Notes under the pieces: model-generated
Seen by the model: only the letters and a program-made list of their open reading frames with translations
Databases searched by the model: none
Told to the model about the DNA's origin: nothing
Assembly (NCBI RefSeq): GCF_009834535.1
Contig: NC_045697.1
Location: 7,628,001-7,692,000, forward strand
DNA from: Camelus ferus
Taxonomy: Eukaryota
Direction of reading: 5' to 3'
Length of the DNA: 64,000 bases
Shown: piece by piece, positions 51,810-64,000 of the stretch
Layout: each line of letters begins with the position of its first letter
How positions within the stretch are numbered: position 1 is the stretch's first letter
Program-made: the position numbers and the translations under genes

Positions 51810-52348
51810 TGTAATAGAAAATAACAAATTGGACTCCATGTTAGATCTGTTCCTTTGGCTCTAACCCTGTGCCCTGTTTCCAAGGCTTAGTCATGCTGGC
51901 TTTGTATCTTTTGTAAAAGAATGTTGCTTATAGCCTGAAATATAAAGGACAGCCTATTCTCAAGTCTCTGACCTTTAAGGATATTAACACTTTTACACTT
52001 ATATAAAGATAACAAGTTGCAGTATGGAAAATAATTTTTGTTTTGTTGGAGGTTTTACAGGGGAACCATGACCTGACCCACGTGGACAGCTGGAAGAGTA
52101 AAGGATGCTAAGAGCAAAGAATTCCTACACCAAGAATTTTGCAACAATCAACCACACCCAATACCCTTTTTGGTATAGAAGGAGCCTGAATTCTGACTCG
52201 GGGAAGATGGTTCTCCAGGATATTAGTCAGCCATCTTCTCAGTCTGCCGGCTTTCCAAATAAAAGTCACAATTCCTTGCTCCAACACCTCATCTCCCAAT
52301 TTATTGGCCTGTCGTTCGGTGAGCAGAACGAGTTTGTACTTGGTAACA
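51810..52348 (+). mobile_element. ERV1-class solo LTR, copy 1
   Basis: TG...CA termini (tgtaatag...ggtaaca), AATAAA near 52258, 4-bp TSD aaac 51806-51809 / 52349-52352. Confidence 0.92.
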
Positions 52349-53913
52349 AAACTTCATAGTTTTAAAATTTTCTGTTTTTCAACAGGTTCAGCTTCGAGTT
52401 TCTTTTTGTAAACAGAAGAAACTGTGCCATTATCATCATTTAAACACATCATCTTCCCCTTATCCCCAGTGTCATTCAAAGTTGTTTATTGCCCACATGG
52501 ACTCATCTATAATAAATATTCTTCCAACTAAGGAGGTTTTGCTAACATGCCTGCTGGCTGATGAGACACACTGACAGGGAGAATCATGGCAAGTGCATCC
52601 CGCCATGTGCATAATACAAAAGGTTTCCAAAGTGCGACGTGCCATTTAATTCCTAAAATTACAGAGCTCCCGTCATTCCTATTTTATAGGTTTTTAAGAT
52701 TTTAAGACTGTGACATGTCAGCTGGTGACTATGGGCAGTGATTTCTTTCTGAGTCTCAGTCTATTCATTAAATGGTGGGAAGAATACTAACATCAGGATA
52801 TAGTTTAAGCTTAAATAATATAAAATATATATAAGAGTCCAATGTGGACCATGAACATAGAGGTACAACCAGTGGTAACTATTCGTAATTTTTCGTGTTT
52901 GAGCATTTGTCATCTTATTTGATTCTCATTTCAATTTTGCCAGTTAGGGCTTGGGAAGAAAATCATAATTAAATGATTAGGCATCTGACTTTTAGAAGCT
53001 GGACAAACACCACTCCAAGCCAGTAGCACTCTCTACTATCTTCATAGCCTTGAACTTTACTTCCAACCTGTAAAATGGGATTAACTGTAATTTCTTACTA
53101 ATTCAGTTGATTATTAAATAAGGTAATGCAGGAAAACTTGACGATGTCCCAGATTATAAACTCAGTAAATGTCTGATATAAATTAATTTAATCTGACAGA
53201 TATAAGAATTGTGATTTGATGGCGAGATTAAAGGAAATTGCTTAGATCTTGGAACTAGAAATGAGTAGAGCCTGGATTCTAAATCTGGTCTATTGACCCA
53301 AGTTTTGTCTTACTCATAGCTTGTTATCCTTTCTGATAGTCCCCACCCCATCTATACCAAAGAGTGTTCTGTCAATCACCCAGCATAATCGACATGCATA
53401 CTCTCTAAGAGAGAGGTATTTCCATACAAACGGTCATGAGCACCTATTCTACGCCAAGTGCTGTGCTCAGAGCCTTGCATACAAAAGGGAACAAGACAAA
53501 ATACCTACCCTGAAGGGGCACTCAGTCCAGTGGAGGGGAAAAGAGAACAGTTACAAAGTTGTGGCGTGTCCTTTTTGGTTAACTCGTAGAAGTTGCTTAT
53601 TTCTATGTCAAAACCAGCCGGCCATCAGCAATTTCATATGTTCCAAATTTATACATGAGGTATATTCTGATGTCTGTGGGGCAGATTGTTATAAGTTATG
53701 ACTAGTGTTATTGTTCTTCGGGCACATATTTATAGAAGAAACTATGGGGAACCGAAGCAGTGGGTTTGACTTAATCAAATATGAAGAAAGCAAGAATCCT
53801 TGAACTAAATCCTATTCTAACTTCGCAGTGCAGTTGCACAGTGATTCATCACCAACAGGCTTACTTAGCCAATTTCCTTGGATACACAGAGACACAATAG
53901 AACATAAATGCGA

Positions 53914-54020
53914 ATGTGTTTGTGTGTCTGTGTGTGAGAGAGAGAGAGACAGAGAGACAGAGAGAGACAGAGAGAAAGACAGAAAAATGGAGAGAGACAC
54001 AGAGATAGAGACAGAGAGAG
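53914..54020. repeat. Compound (GT)n-(GA)n/(GAGACA)n microsatellite
   Basis: tgtgtgtctgtgtgtgagagagagagagacagagagacagagag... Confidence 0.9.
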
Positions 54021-54794
54021 AAACTGAGGTTACTGCACTGGTGAGCTCACAAATGCAGGGAGTTCCTTGTGGTGTTGCTCCCAGTGAAAACTGCAGGTCC
54101 GCTGATTAATTTACTTTCTGCAAAAGAGCTATTTTTGAAAACCGCTTGCTGATTCAAAGGAAATGTAATGTAAATGAGTGGTTGGAGAAATGTAAGTGCC
54201 TGGGAGAGAAAAGAGGTGGAACGGCTTATTCTATTTCATGGGTGCTGATATGAAGGCCAGGTGCCTCCTGGTACCCAGATAGCCTGCTGCCTTAAGGGCT
54301 TTTGAATAGCTTTAGAGGGATTTATTTTCACATCAATGTGATATTAAGGAAGTTTTATTCATTCAATGTTTATTCATTCTACATTGAAATCCATGGGACC
54401 ACGATGTACATTCTTAGATATGATCATGTATCATAGACATTTAGCTGTAAAGGCAGGGAAACAAATGTTTGCGTAAGGAAGACAGTGTTTTATATGTAGA
54501 GAAAACCAGGCAGGGAGCCAGGAAATGTGGGCTTTGGCCATTAGCAGTAATGGAGGGACAGTACCCGACGGTCAGCGAGCACCAACTGCATGGTGTCAAG
54601 TCCTGTGTTGAGAGACTTGCCTTCCCCGTTAACTTGTGTTAACTCACCATAGCATGTGCAGTCGCTGTGTTTTCACATAAGAAGGCTCAGATTCTGTCTG
54701 TATTTCAAGCCCATGACATAGTGTTCAGCCTCGTGTGGTCTTTATTAAAAGTCATGTGTGTAAAGAAGTAATTGAGTGAGCAAATAAACAAAAT

Positions 54795-55311
54795 TATAAT
54801 AGAAAAGAACAAATCTGACTCCATATTAGATCTGTTCTTGGGGTTTTGAACCTGGGCTCTGTTTCCTGTGCTCAGTCCTGCTGGTTCTGCACCTTTTGCA
54901 AAAGAACGTTGCCTAGAGCCTAAAATAGACAGGAGAGCCCATTCTCAAGGCTCTGACCTTTAAGCATATTAACATTTTCCCATTTATATAAAGACAACAA
55001 GTTGCAGAATTGAAAAATAATATTTGTTTTATTGGAGGTTTACAGGCACCTCATGACTTGACCCACGTGGACAGCTGTAAGAACAAAGGATTCTGACACC
55101 AAGAAGTTTGCAATAACCACACCTCCTCCCATTTTTAGTATAAAAGGAGCCTAAATTCTGACTTGAGGAAGATGGTTCTCTAGGACATCAGTCCGCCATC
55201 TTTTCAGTCTGCTGGCTTTCTGAATAAAGTCATTATTTCTTGCCCCAATACCTTGTCTCCCAATTTACTGGCCTGTCATGTGGTGAGCAGAACAAGTTTG
55301 GCTAGGTAACC
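54795..55311 (+). mobile_element. ERV1-class solo LTR, copy 2 (same family as 51810-52348)
   Basis: Colinear end to end with copy 1; TATAAAA near 55139, AATAAA near 55223; flanks aaat / aagt (degenerate 4-bp TSD). Confidence 0.92.
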
Positions 55312-55844
55312 AAGTGAAAGCTTAATTTTAGTAACTCAAAAGTCCGTAGAGCCTGGATGAAAATCCTGTTAAAATATTAACACTACTTTTGAAGAAAAGG
55401 AATCATCAAGGTTTAAACAAGATGGTATTAGTGAGGTTACAGAATAGAAAAGCTGAGTTGTTTATGTTTTTATTGCTTTGTGATTTGCAAAGCAAACCTA
55501 CACATGTCACCTCTTTGGATCCTCCATACACCTTATGAAGCTACAATTTCCTTTTGCTTTGTTTCATTTTCCTCTTGAAAGAGGAACACAGAGAGTTTGT
55601 GTGACTTTCCTGAGGTCATGCAGCTGATTTGTAATGACCAAGTTCATAGTAGTAGTCTAAAAATGCTCATTAGTTGATATGCCTAAGTCAAAGAAAAGCT
55701 TTTGTTTTCTTATGTCAAATGTGTTTATGTTGGTTCATGATTTTTTTAATGGGATTGTGAAGGTAGCATCTAAGAGTCCAAGAAATATGGAAAGTAAAGA
55801 AAAAGGCTTTGTACTTGATTGACTCGGGGGGAGGAGGAGTGAAG

Positions 55845-56120
55845 AAAATTATGTCTTTTTTGTAAATGGTAAATATGAAAATAGGAGTATTTTGGAAAGA
55901 GAAGATTAATGAGTCTAATTTGAGGCATGTTGAGTTTGAGTTACTGAGGAATTATCCAGGTGGATAATGCCTAGCAGGAAGATAGAAATGCAGTCCAGCA
56001 GATTCAGAGAAGGCTCTGGGTCAAAAAAAACTATTTGATTCTAATCATCACAATGACAAAAGAAGGAATTCTGCAACAATTATGTGAGATTTCCAAGGGA
56101 GAATGTATTGGGGAAGAAAA
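55845..56120 (-). mobile_element. L2 remnant
   Basis: aatgagtctaatttgaggcatgttgagtttgag...tatccaggtgga...agagaaggctctggg. Confidence 0.7.
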
Positions 56121-58664
56121 GTTGATAATGTTATTGTATTTGATACCAGTTACTATTATCTATTATTTATACTCAGAATGTTAATATTGATAAAAGATTA
56201 AAATTCACTGTGCCATGCATTTAAATCCTGGTGTGTGTGTGTGTGCATGTGTGTGTGTGCGGGTGTGTAACACCAGAAAGAACACTGCATTCAGTGTAAG
56301 TGACATCACCTCACATCTGAAGTGGTTTCCCTTAAGAAGCTAAAATACTGCTTCGTCAAAACCCTGATATGTAAGGCTGCCCACTGAATTTTCTTCCAGA
56401 CCTTTAAAGTTGTCTCCTCTAGTGATAAAATATGTCTCAAACATCCACAGATAACAGTGATAACCTGCAGTAATTTTTTCAGAGAAATTCTCAACAAAAG
56501 CTTGTGCAGCAAGAAATAATTCAGAGGATTTAACATTGCCAGCCCCTTGTTTGGTGAAGTCCATCACCCTCATTTGCCCCTGGCTTGATTTATGTAGAAT
56601 TACTCTTTGTCATTACTCCCCCTGTCCTTTCTAACCAACACTAAATCCCCTGTGGACACGTATTGTTACAAGAAATACCTTAAGAGAATGAATTGTTGCC
56701 TCACAATGAAGAGTCGGATGGCTATTTACAAGAATCTATTTTAAGCATCTCTCTGCACCTAGAGGTCATTTCCCCTGCTGGGGGGTTGACTCCTGCCTGT
56801 CAGTGTTTTGGAAACATTTCAGTTTTCCTCTGTTAGCAGGAAGCTGACCTGACCAAGAGGAAAGTTAGAAGGGTGGGCAGGAATGACTTGGACCTTTCTC
56901 CACCATCATACAGCATGAAATTGAAGAGCAAATGACAAAAAGTGGGCTGTCAAAACGAGTACACACATTATCCCAGCAGCATTTTATTTCCCAAATTCAC
57001 ACCCTATAGAACCTCAGCTCCAGAAGATGCATCTGGCCAAAAATTGTCCTAATATTTGACTAAATCTGAAAATATTGATTATTGTACTTCCTTTTGGGCA
57101 ATTTAAAACACATTATTGTATAAATACAAAAGTTCTACAGTAACTTTTATACATATATATGAAATATATTAAAATAATATAGTTTACTTTGTATAATCCA
57201 GTGATCCCCAAATCTATTTGACTGTAGGATCCATCCCTACCTTCTCCCTTATTAACGTATGGCATTTCTGGTGTGCACCAAGCCAGAGTTCGAGAAGCAT
57301 CACTAGAAGATAGTCTAAGCTTTTTCAGGGCAGATGTTATATATTGTCCCCTCTGCATCTTGCATATAATGCCTTGTAGAGTACATAGACTTTCAATAAA
57401 TTAAAATAATTGGAAAGCAGTGAGTCTTTTTATAAATGGACTAAAGATGTTTTCAATATAGTTGACTTGATTGTAAGTATGTATAATTTAGCTTTAGTGG
57501 AGGCTGTGTTTAACAGAAGGCTTTAAGTTTCTGCAGATTTAACAATCAGCTCAATCAGTGATAGGAATCAGAAAAGTTAGCCCGGAGAATTTTATCATGA
57601 AGTTGGTTGGAGTTGCACATCAGAGCTGAACTGAGAGCGGGGCACAGGTAGTTGGAAACACAAGGCTGATGAGTACAAAGAGAAGCAGCTTGCAGCAGCC
57701 ACGTAAATCATGACCTGGAATGAAGTCAGAACTGCTCTGCCTCCATCGTGCAGTTTTCTAGGTGAGCCCACGTAGTTAAAAATTAGTTTTGGTCATTGTC
57801 ATTGCTCCTCAAGGGACACCTTTCAGAAATATTAAACTCCATTTACAAAGCAGTGATGCCTGTTGTTCTAATGCGAGCACAAGCTCTTTGTTTAAATACT
57901 TGACCTTCTGTACAAATTCATCTTCAGTTTCAAGAGTCACCTATGGTGTAATGTATATAAGAATTAAAAGGTAACAAAAGGGGGGTGATGGACTATTTGA
58001 ATGCTAATACACCCAATGCCATTTATGTTCACAATTTCTCTTGAAGTATCTTGGATACATGAGTTTTGACGAATAAATGAAAGATACTTGGATGCAATGG
58101 ATTTCACTGTAGCAAAGGATACAATTAAGGTGGCTCTGATGCTTGCCATTATCAACTATATTCACACAGTGATATATTTTCCCCCAAAGAGATTTCAGGG
58201 CAGTTTAATATATATATGTGGTCTCTGACATTCTCATCACTGTGTTCAGGAGGCTTTTCTACATCCATTCATCATCTTCTCCTGCTTCTTCTATTTTCTG
58301 TTGATTTTTTTTAGGAATACTTATTTTAAATATGCATGACATTAAGAAATATGTGTAAGAAGTTTCTTAAGAAGATTAGCATGTATTGAATGTGTTCTGT
58401 ATCTTAGGTGCTTTATTTAATATCTTTCTTAATCCTCACAAAAATCTTATGAAGAGTTTAAAAGAGGATTGATACTTAGCATAATTTCAAAGAGCTGGTA
58501 CATGGCTGCACTAGGACTGACCATAATTCTGTCTAATTCTTTAATGGGCATATGCCATTTTGTGTATATGGCAAGTCTTTCTTTGAGAAAACACTCCTCA
58601 ATCCGTACATTCTTAACAACAGCAGCAGTTCAGAGAAGTCCAGGTGACGCTGATCGTAACCCCT

Positions 58665-59045
58665 GTGACCCAGCCTCTTGGTAATAGTGTATGATTCAAG
58701 GTTAGGCAGATGGATCCGAGTTCTCTTCTAGACAATTAGGAAAATAATGCTCTCATTTTCCCCGGAATTACAAGCTCAAATCTTGAGGTGGGCTTGGGGC
58801 TGAGTAAGTAGTTCTTAAAATGATTCATTAAAAAAAAATGTGAAAATAAGGCAAAAGCAAATGGAGTCAAGAGAATATAAAGATGGAGACTTCATGTCAG
58901 TGTTTGAAAACATAAACACAACTCTGCCGGAAATGGCTTTAACCTAAATGCCTCCTAGTCTATACACCACCATATTCCCCTTTTGCTTAAATCAGTTTGA
59001 GCTTGATTTTTCCCCCCTTGGACCTGAAGTATCCTGGTTAATACA
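58665..59045 (+). mobile_element. Old MaLR LTR (MLT1J/K-like)
   Basis: 3' end attccccttttgcttaaatcagtttgagcttgatttt...tcctggttaataca. Confidence 0.6.
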
Positions 59046-62000
59046 GATGGCTTAAGCTAATGCCCTTTTCTTGCACCCCACCGTTTCCTGTCTATAAATT
59101 TCAGCATTTGGAACAAGGAATTTAGCCCAAAATGCATTATTAGAGTCTTACAATGCAGAAAAAATTGTGGAGGCACTGTGAACATTCAGAGGTGATGCAC
59201 AGTGTGACCCCTGCTGCTTGGGAACTTAAAGCTAGTTTGTGGAAGACAAGCCAATATGGGGGCGGACATCAATACCACAAGGCCGAAAGAGTGAAGTAAG
59301 TTCCGTACGAGCAATTCAATACGCTGTGGGAATAGAGATAGGAAAAGGCATTCTACCTGAGTATTTCAAATTTTAAAGAATGTTTCCTAAAAGGACTAGG
59401 ATTTTACCAGGGCTTTGTAGAATGACTATGATTCAAATAGACAAACATTGAAAACTGATATTTCTGACTGATGGAGAACTGTGAATACAAGCAGGCAGGC
59501 TTGACAGTCAGAGCATGTGAAGAAAAAATTTGGTGGATCAGATCAATATGAGTGAAAATCTAGACTATTATGTGGACTGCTGCAGAGACTGGGAAAAAAA
59601 GTTGGTTTTTCCATATACTGCGAACAGCTGAGAATATGAAGTTAAGCAATCTGACTTTCAATCAAGTGCATTCATTTAGATGTAAGGTAAGAATGGGGGG
59701 TGAAAGATAAAATTCGGATGAATGCATGATTATGTTATAATTTTGTAACAGTTATGACTGGGGGTAATGCTGCTTCCCTACTTTGAGATGTTTTTCACGT
59801 TGTACAGAACTCATAATTATAGCTCTCCCAGCTTTTCCCTGCCCCTAAACTTTTCAAAGTGAAGATGGAGTGACTCATGTGGTTGGTAATTTGAGAATAA
59901 TTGGCTAGATTAAGTACCTCTTGTCTTCTATTTGGAAGAGAGACAGCCTTATGAGAGGATTGCTCATTCCCCACCCTTACCTGGGCAGGTGTCCTACCTG
60001 TGGAGGTGCATCTCATTCAGTGTTGCCTTTGACTAGAAGAGTGAGTCCAGCTAATTCTGGGGTCTACTGAGTGTAGGTTGACTTACATACAAATATGTCC
60101 ACCATAAGCCTTATTTTCTACCCACATTTTATTAGTACTAAAAATGATGTGGTTTGTATTTTCCATTTCTTGGTTACATTTCTTATTTTTTTCATAATCT
60201 GGGCAGAGAAACTGAGGTGCTATTCCTCGGGCCACTGAAAGACACCTACCTCGGGTGAATGGGCTACATCGATCAAGAAATGAGTGAGGGGGAAAAGAAA
60301 CCATTGAGCAAGCCGCTCAAGGAGTGGGTGATTGGGCCGGCATGCTGGGTCTTTGACTTAGGACTTCAGTGCATGGGCCACACATTTTAATCTTGGTGGT
60401 TTGTAGAAGCATACGTTCAACTGAGCAGCTTGTTGTATTTGTGTGATGGTCTTTTAACTGCTGAAGCTTAGACAAAGGGATATTTTGGCCATAGGATGGT
60501 TTGACCTTGGTGGATGACTGCAGCTTTAGGTGGCTTTGTCCAAAGAAAACAGGCAAACCTGGATACGGATGTGCTCAGGCCTCGATAAGGCCCCCAGTCT
60601 CCATAACTGGCTCCGGCAGACACAGCCAAGCTAGATAAGAAATGTTGGTCTCTGGCCTCAGAAAAGAAGTAACTGACTCAGAGAGGATGACATCAAAGTT
60701 CTCTCTACTGCAAATACGAACTACGGTTAGCTTAGACGGACAGGAAGTGAGGTTCTCGACAGGGGTGAGAGGTCAGCCAGATTGCGAGGGGCCTCTAGAG
60801 CACCTTACAGCCTCAAGGCGTCCTAGACAGGAAAAGCTTTTCCTAACCAGCATAGAAAAGGCAATGATACAGCCATAAGGGTAAGAATCTTTCTACATAC
60901 AGGCTTCGCTCTTGGAAAATTCAATTCAGCTGCGTTCGGGGAATACGACAGTAAGGAAGTAAAGTTAGAGCTTAAAGTGTCCAGGCCAGGCTTAGGCAGG
61001 CCTGGCAACATTAAAACTGAGACTGGACTCATTAAAGTGGCATGCTACCCGTTTACAAAGAGCTTGTGCTCGCTGTGGTGCTGAGGTACCAGAAACACGT
61101 GACTCAAACGACAGACGGAATTTAAAACCATCATGCAGATGTGGACCCCCCCAGAGCCCATCTCCTCTGGGAAATCCGGTTAGTGGATAGAACCAAAAGT
61201 AACCACCAGTTGAAGACTTATTTCAACTGCACAACTGGTATACACTAACACTAGCCCAATAGGGGCAAAAACAAGAAAATTGATTTTGGTTGGTTGGTTT
61301 GTGTTCTTTTTTCCTCCATATATCTTCCTTTACTCAGATACCACGGAGCCTCTGCTCTGGTTGACAATGATTCAACCATAGGGGTAAGACTCATTCTAAA
61401 TACAGGTCTTGTGTTTTAAACTTCAGTCTCTGTCAAGGCTAAATACACATTCTAGGAGCACAGTTTTCTCTGGATAGCAGTTTTAAGAGTTGGGTGTTGA
61501 CCTCTAAATTCGGTAGACAAAGAGCCAATACTTTGATACCCATGGGTGCTTATTTCACTCTTAGGGCTTCTTAAAAGTGAGAACCCTGAGAGTTTAGTGT
61601 TAAATTAGTACAAATATGGGAATAAAATCCAGAAGGAAAGAGCGCAGGTGGTGGTCGCTAAAGGGACCTCAACCTCCTCTGATGCTGACAATCCTCTAGC
61701 TGAGGCTGAGAATAAAAAGTGAAATAGGATTAATTTTAGACTTTAACTTCTTTAAATTTTAACTCACAAGGGCAAGGCAATTTGGCGTTGGGCTTTAATA
61801 CCTTCCAACTTGAACATCTTTGGACTTAAAGTACAATGGGAAATCATCTTTGGACTTTGATTTCTCCTTGGGAATTTTATAATTAGAGGCAGTTTATATT
61901 CCAATTTGGGCTATATTCATTTTTTTCACATTTTATTAGCTGAATATCACTTTGCATTTTTAATGTTGAATTTAAACTTTTTTTTTTTAATTTCATCTCA

Positions 62001-62826
62001 TGCAGAACTGTTCATATACTGTATTGGACAATTTGGCTGGATGTAAGTTAAGATGGGAAATAGAATGTGGAATTAATAAGGAATAAGGAATGTAAAGGGA
62101 CAGTGGGATTCACGTAACTAATAGCCCGTCTGACATAACTGAGAGCTTTCTGGGGACAAAATGTGAACTACAGAGTAGGAATTCCAGAAAGGGGATCCAC
62201 AAAGATGTAGCAGGTGTCAATCTTCTGTTAATTGCCCACTGATTAAAAAAGCAATGTCCAGCAGTCCAGCAACACAGGCTTTCTAGAGATGAAGAGCATC
62301 TTTTGCCCTCCTCTCCTCTTTGCTATTTCTTTGTCCCATGTCTCCACTGTTCAGAATTTCAGGAAGAAAGAGTAGTTCATCCTCAGACCCCAACATCTTT
62401 GCTCAGTTGTTAGTAGCTTTCAGCATCAAGTTCAAGAATGCCAGACTCAATAAAGGTCTTTAAAATGGACAAAAAATATTCTAAGCCTAAGACGTCACTT
62501 GACCAAAATGAGTATAAAGAGGAAGAACCTGTTATATAGAGTATTTTTAAAGTGGATTTGTACAGTGACATTTAAAACAGACACTGAGGTACAGGCATGG
62601 TACCAGCTGTTACCAGCTTTCTGATTTAGGGCCATTCAGTTGATCTATTGGAGCCTCATTCAAAAAATAGAATAATAATATGTGATTGGGCTGAGGTCAA
62701 TTGGCTCCGAGGGGCATTTAAGATACATTCAAGGTAAAAACCTGCAGTTTGATTATAACCATATAACACCTATCACTACCTATGCATACAAGCACATATG
62801 TACATATTTTTCATGTTATCTAGGCT

Positions 62827-63117
62827 TGTGCTGTCCAACAGAAGTAGAAAAAGAATATCTAATTTGAAGTTTTCTAGAAGCTATATTAAAAGACGTGAAA
62901 AGAAAGGATAAAATTAATTTAGCAGTGTAATTATCAAAATATAAAGTTTCAATAAGCAATTAAATCAAAACGTACAATGATATTTTAGACAATTTTTTAA
63001 TGAGTCTTTAAAACATGGTGTGCATTTTATACCCACAGCACATCTCAATTTGGAACAGACACACTTCAGTTGTTTCATAGCCCCGTGTGGCCAGTGGATT
63101 CCTTACTGGACAGCACA
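62827..63117. mobile_element. hAT-Charlie MITE (MER33-like)
   Basis: Inverted termini tgtgctgtcca 62827-62837 / tggacagcaca 63107-63117; internal acagcacatctcaatttgga. Confidence 0.88.
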
Positions 63118-64000
63118 GATACAGGGTAATGAAAAGAGTCATCTAGGGAAATTAGCACTATTTGGAGCAGCATAGTTAGTATTCTAGAGCTGATATTGTG
63201 GTTAAAAACTCTCATAGACAATCATGATATGCCCCAAGCATAGAACACTCATAACATTGTAGATCTGGGAGAAACTTGAGAGATCATGTGGTTTCAACCT
63301 TTCTGTTTTGGTTGCATGAATTGTGCCTGAAAGAGGACTCATGACCTAGGAAGGCCACACAGAGCACTGACAGCAGCAGGACTGGAACCGAAGCCAGCCG
63401 TCTGGTTTTCCACTTGAGGACACACTGTGCGAGGCAGCACCGTGACGCTCCCTTCTTTGAACCCCATCAGAGCACGATACCTACTCTTAAGTGAGCAAGC
63501 AGGGGAGAAGCATCATGGAGTTCCCACGGGGTGTGGGGTGCCTTCTGCACATGCACATTTCTTAGCACTTTATACGTGCTTTAATGACAAATTGCCACCT
63601 TAGAAATGGAAAAATCGAGATTTTTTTTTCTTCTAAAATATATTCTACAATATACATTCTGTAACTAAGACAGCCTAACTCGGTCCTCCGGAAGTCCAAC
63701 ACAAGTACCACACTTGTATAATTCGGTAGAAATGCCTTTTCCATTCCCAGGTTTTAAAAGCTTCCACTTGGCAACCGCAGCATTCCCTTACCATCAACCT
63801 TTGCATTTCATTCATCCTGCAGATTAGATTTGCAAATAAGAATTGAGAATTCTCTCTTCATTCTAAACTCTACTTTTTTTTTTTTTTAACATACTGCATT
63901 ATGTTTCATTGAGTCAAGTTCTCAAAAGTGGAAAATAAAACTCAACAAGGGAAAGTCCTAACCACTGTCTTTAACCTCAAGGATTATAGTAATTTGTGAC

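Noticed and set aside
51810..55311. Intact or internally deleted provirus
   Set aside because: Each LTR has its own TSD, outer flanks do not match, and the spacer has no PBS, PPT or retroviral coding sequence
1..64000. Short ORFs (60-160 aa) in the six-frame track as genes
   Set aside because: Random-like composition, many start at non-ATG codons or lie within repeats; none apart from L1 ORF2 pieces resembles a protein family I recognise
1..64000. Prokaryotic or phage system (operon, defence island, retron)
   Set aside because: No gene-dense coding DNA; mammalian repeats occur throughout

Overview
AT-rich, repeat-dense mammalian non-coding DNA (intronic or intergenic), very probably from a camelid: it carries a tRNA-derived SINE with the head and tail of the Vic-1 family. 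No intact protein-coding gene, structural RNA gene or prokaryotic system is supported; the only ORFs with recognisable homology are decayed LINE-1 ORF2 fragments. Much of the window is interspersed repeat (L1, L2, MIR, MaLR/ERVL/ERV1 LTRs, hAT-Charlie MITEs), several with readable target-site duplications (TSDs). The most notable structures are a ~200-bp inverted duplication inside an old L1 with a 59-bp perfect arm and a fold-back junction, two independent same-family solo LTRs 2.4 kb apart, a 72-nt TSD-bounded retro-insertion, multi-level nested insertions, and a few candidate + strand exons and enhancer-like unique segments. Repeat family names come from remembered consensus similarity, not a database search, and boundaries are approximate unless a TSD or TIR is quoted. 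I found no convincing novel biological system.
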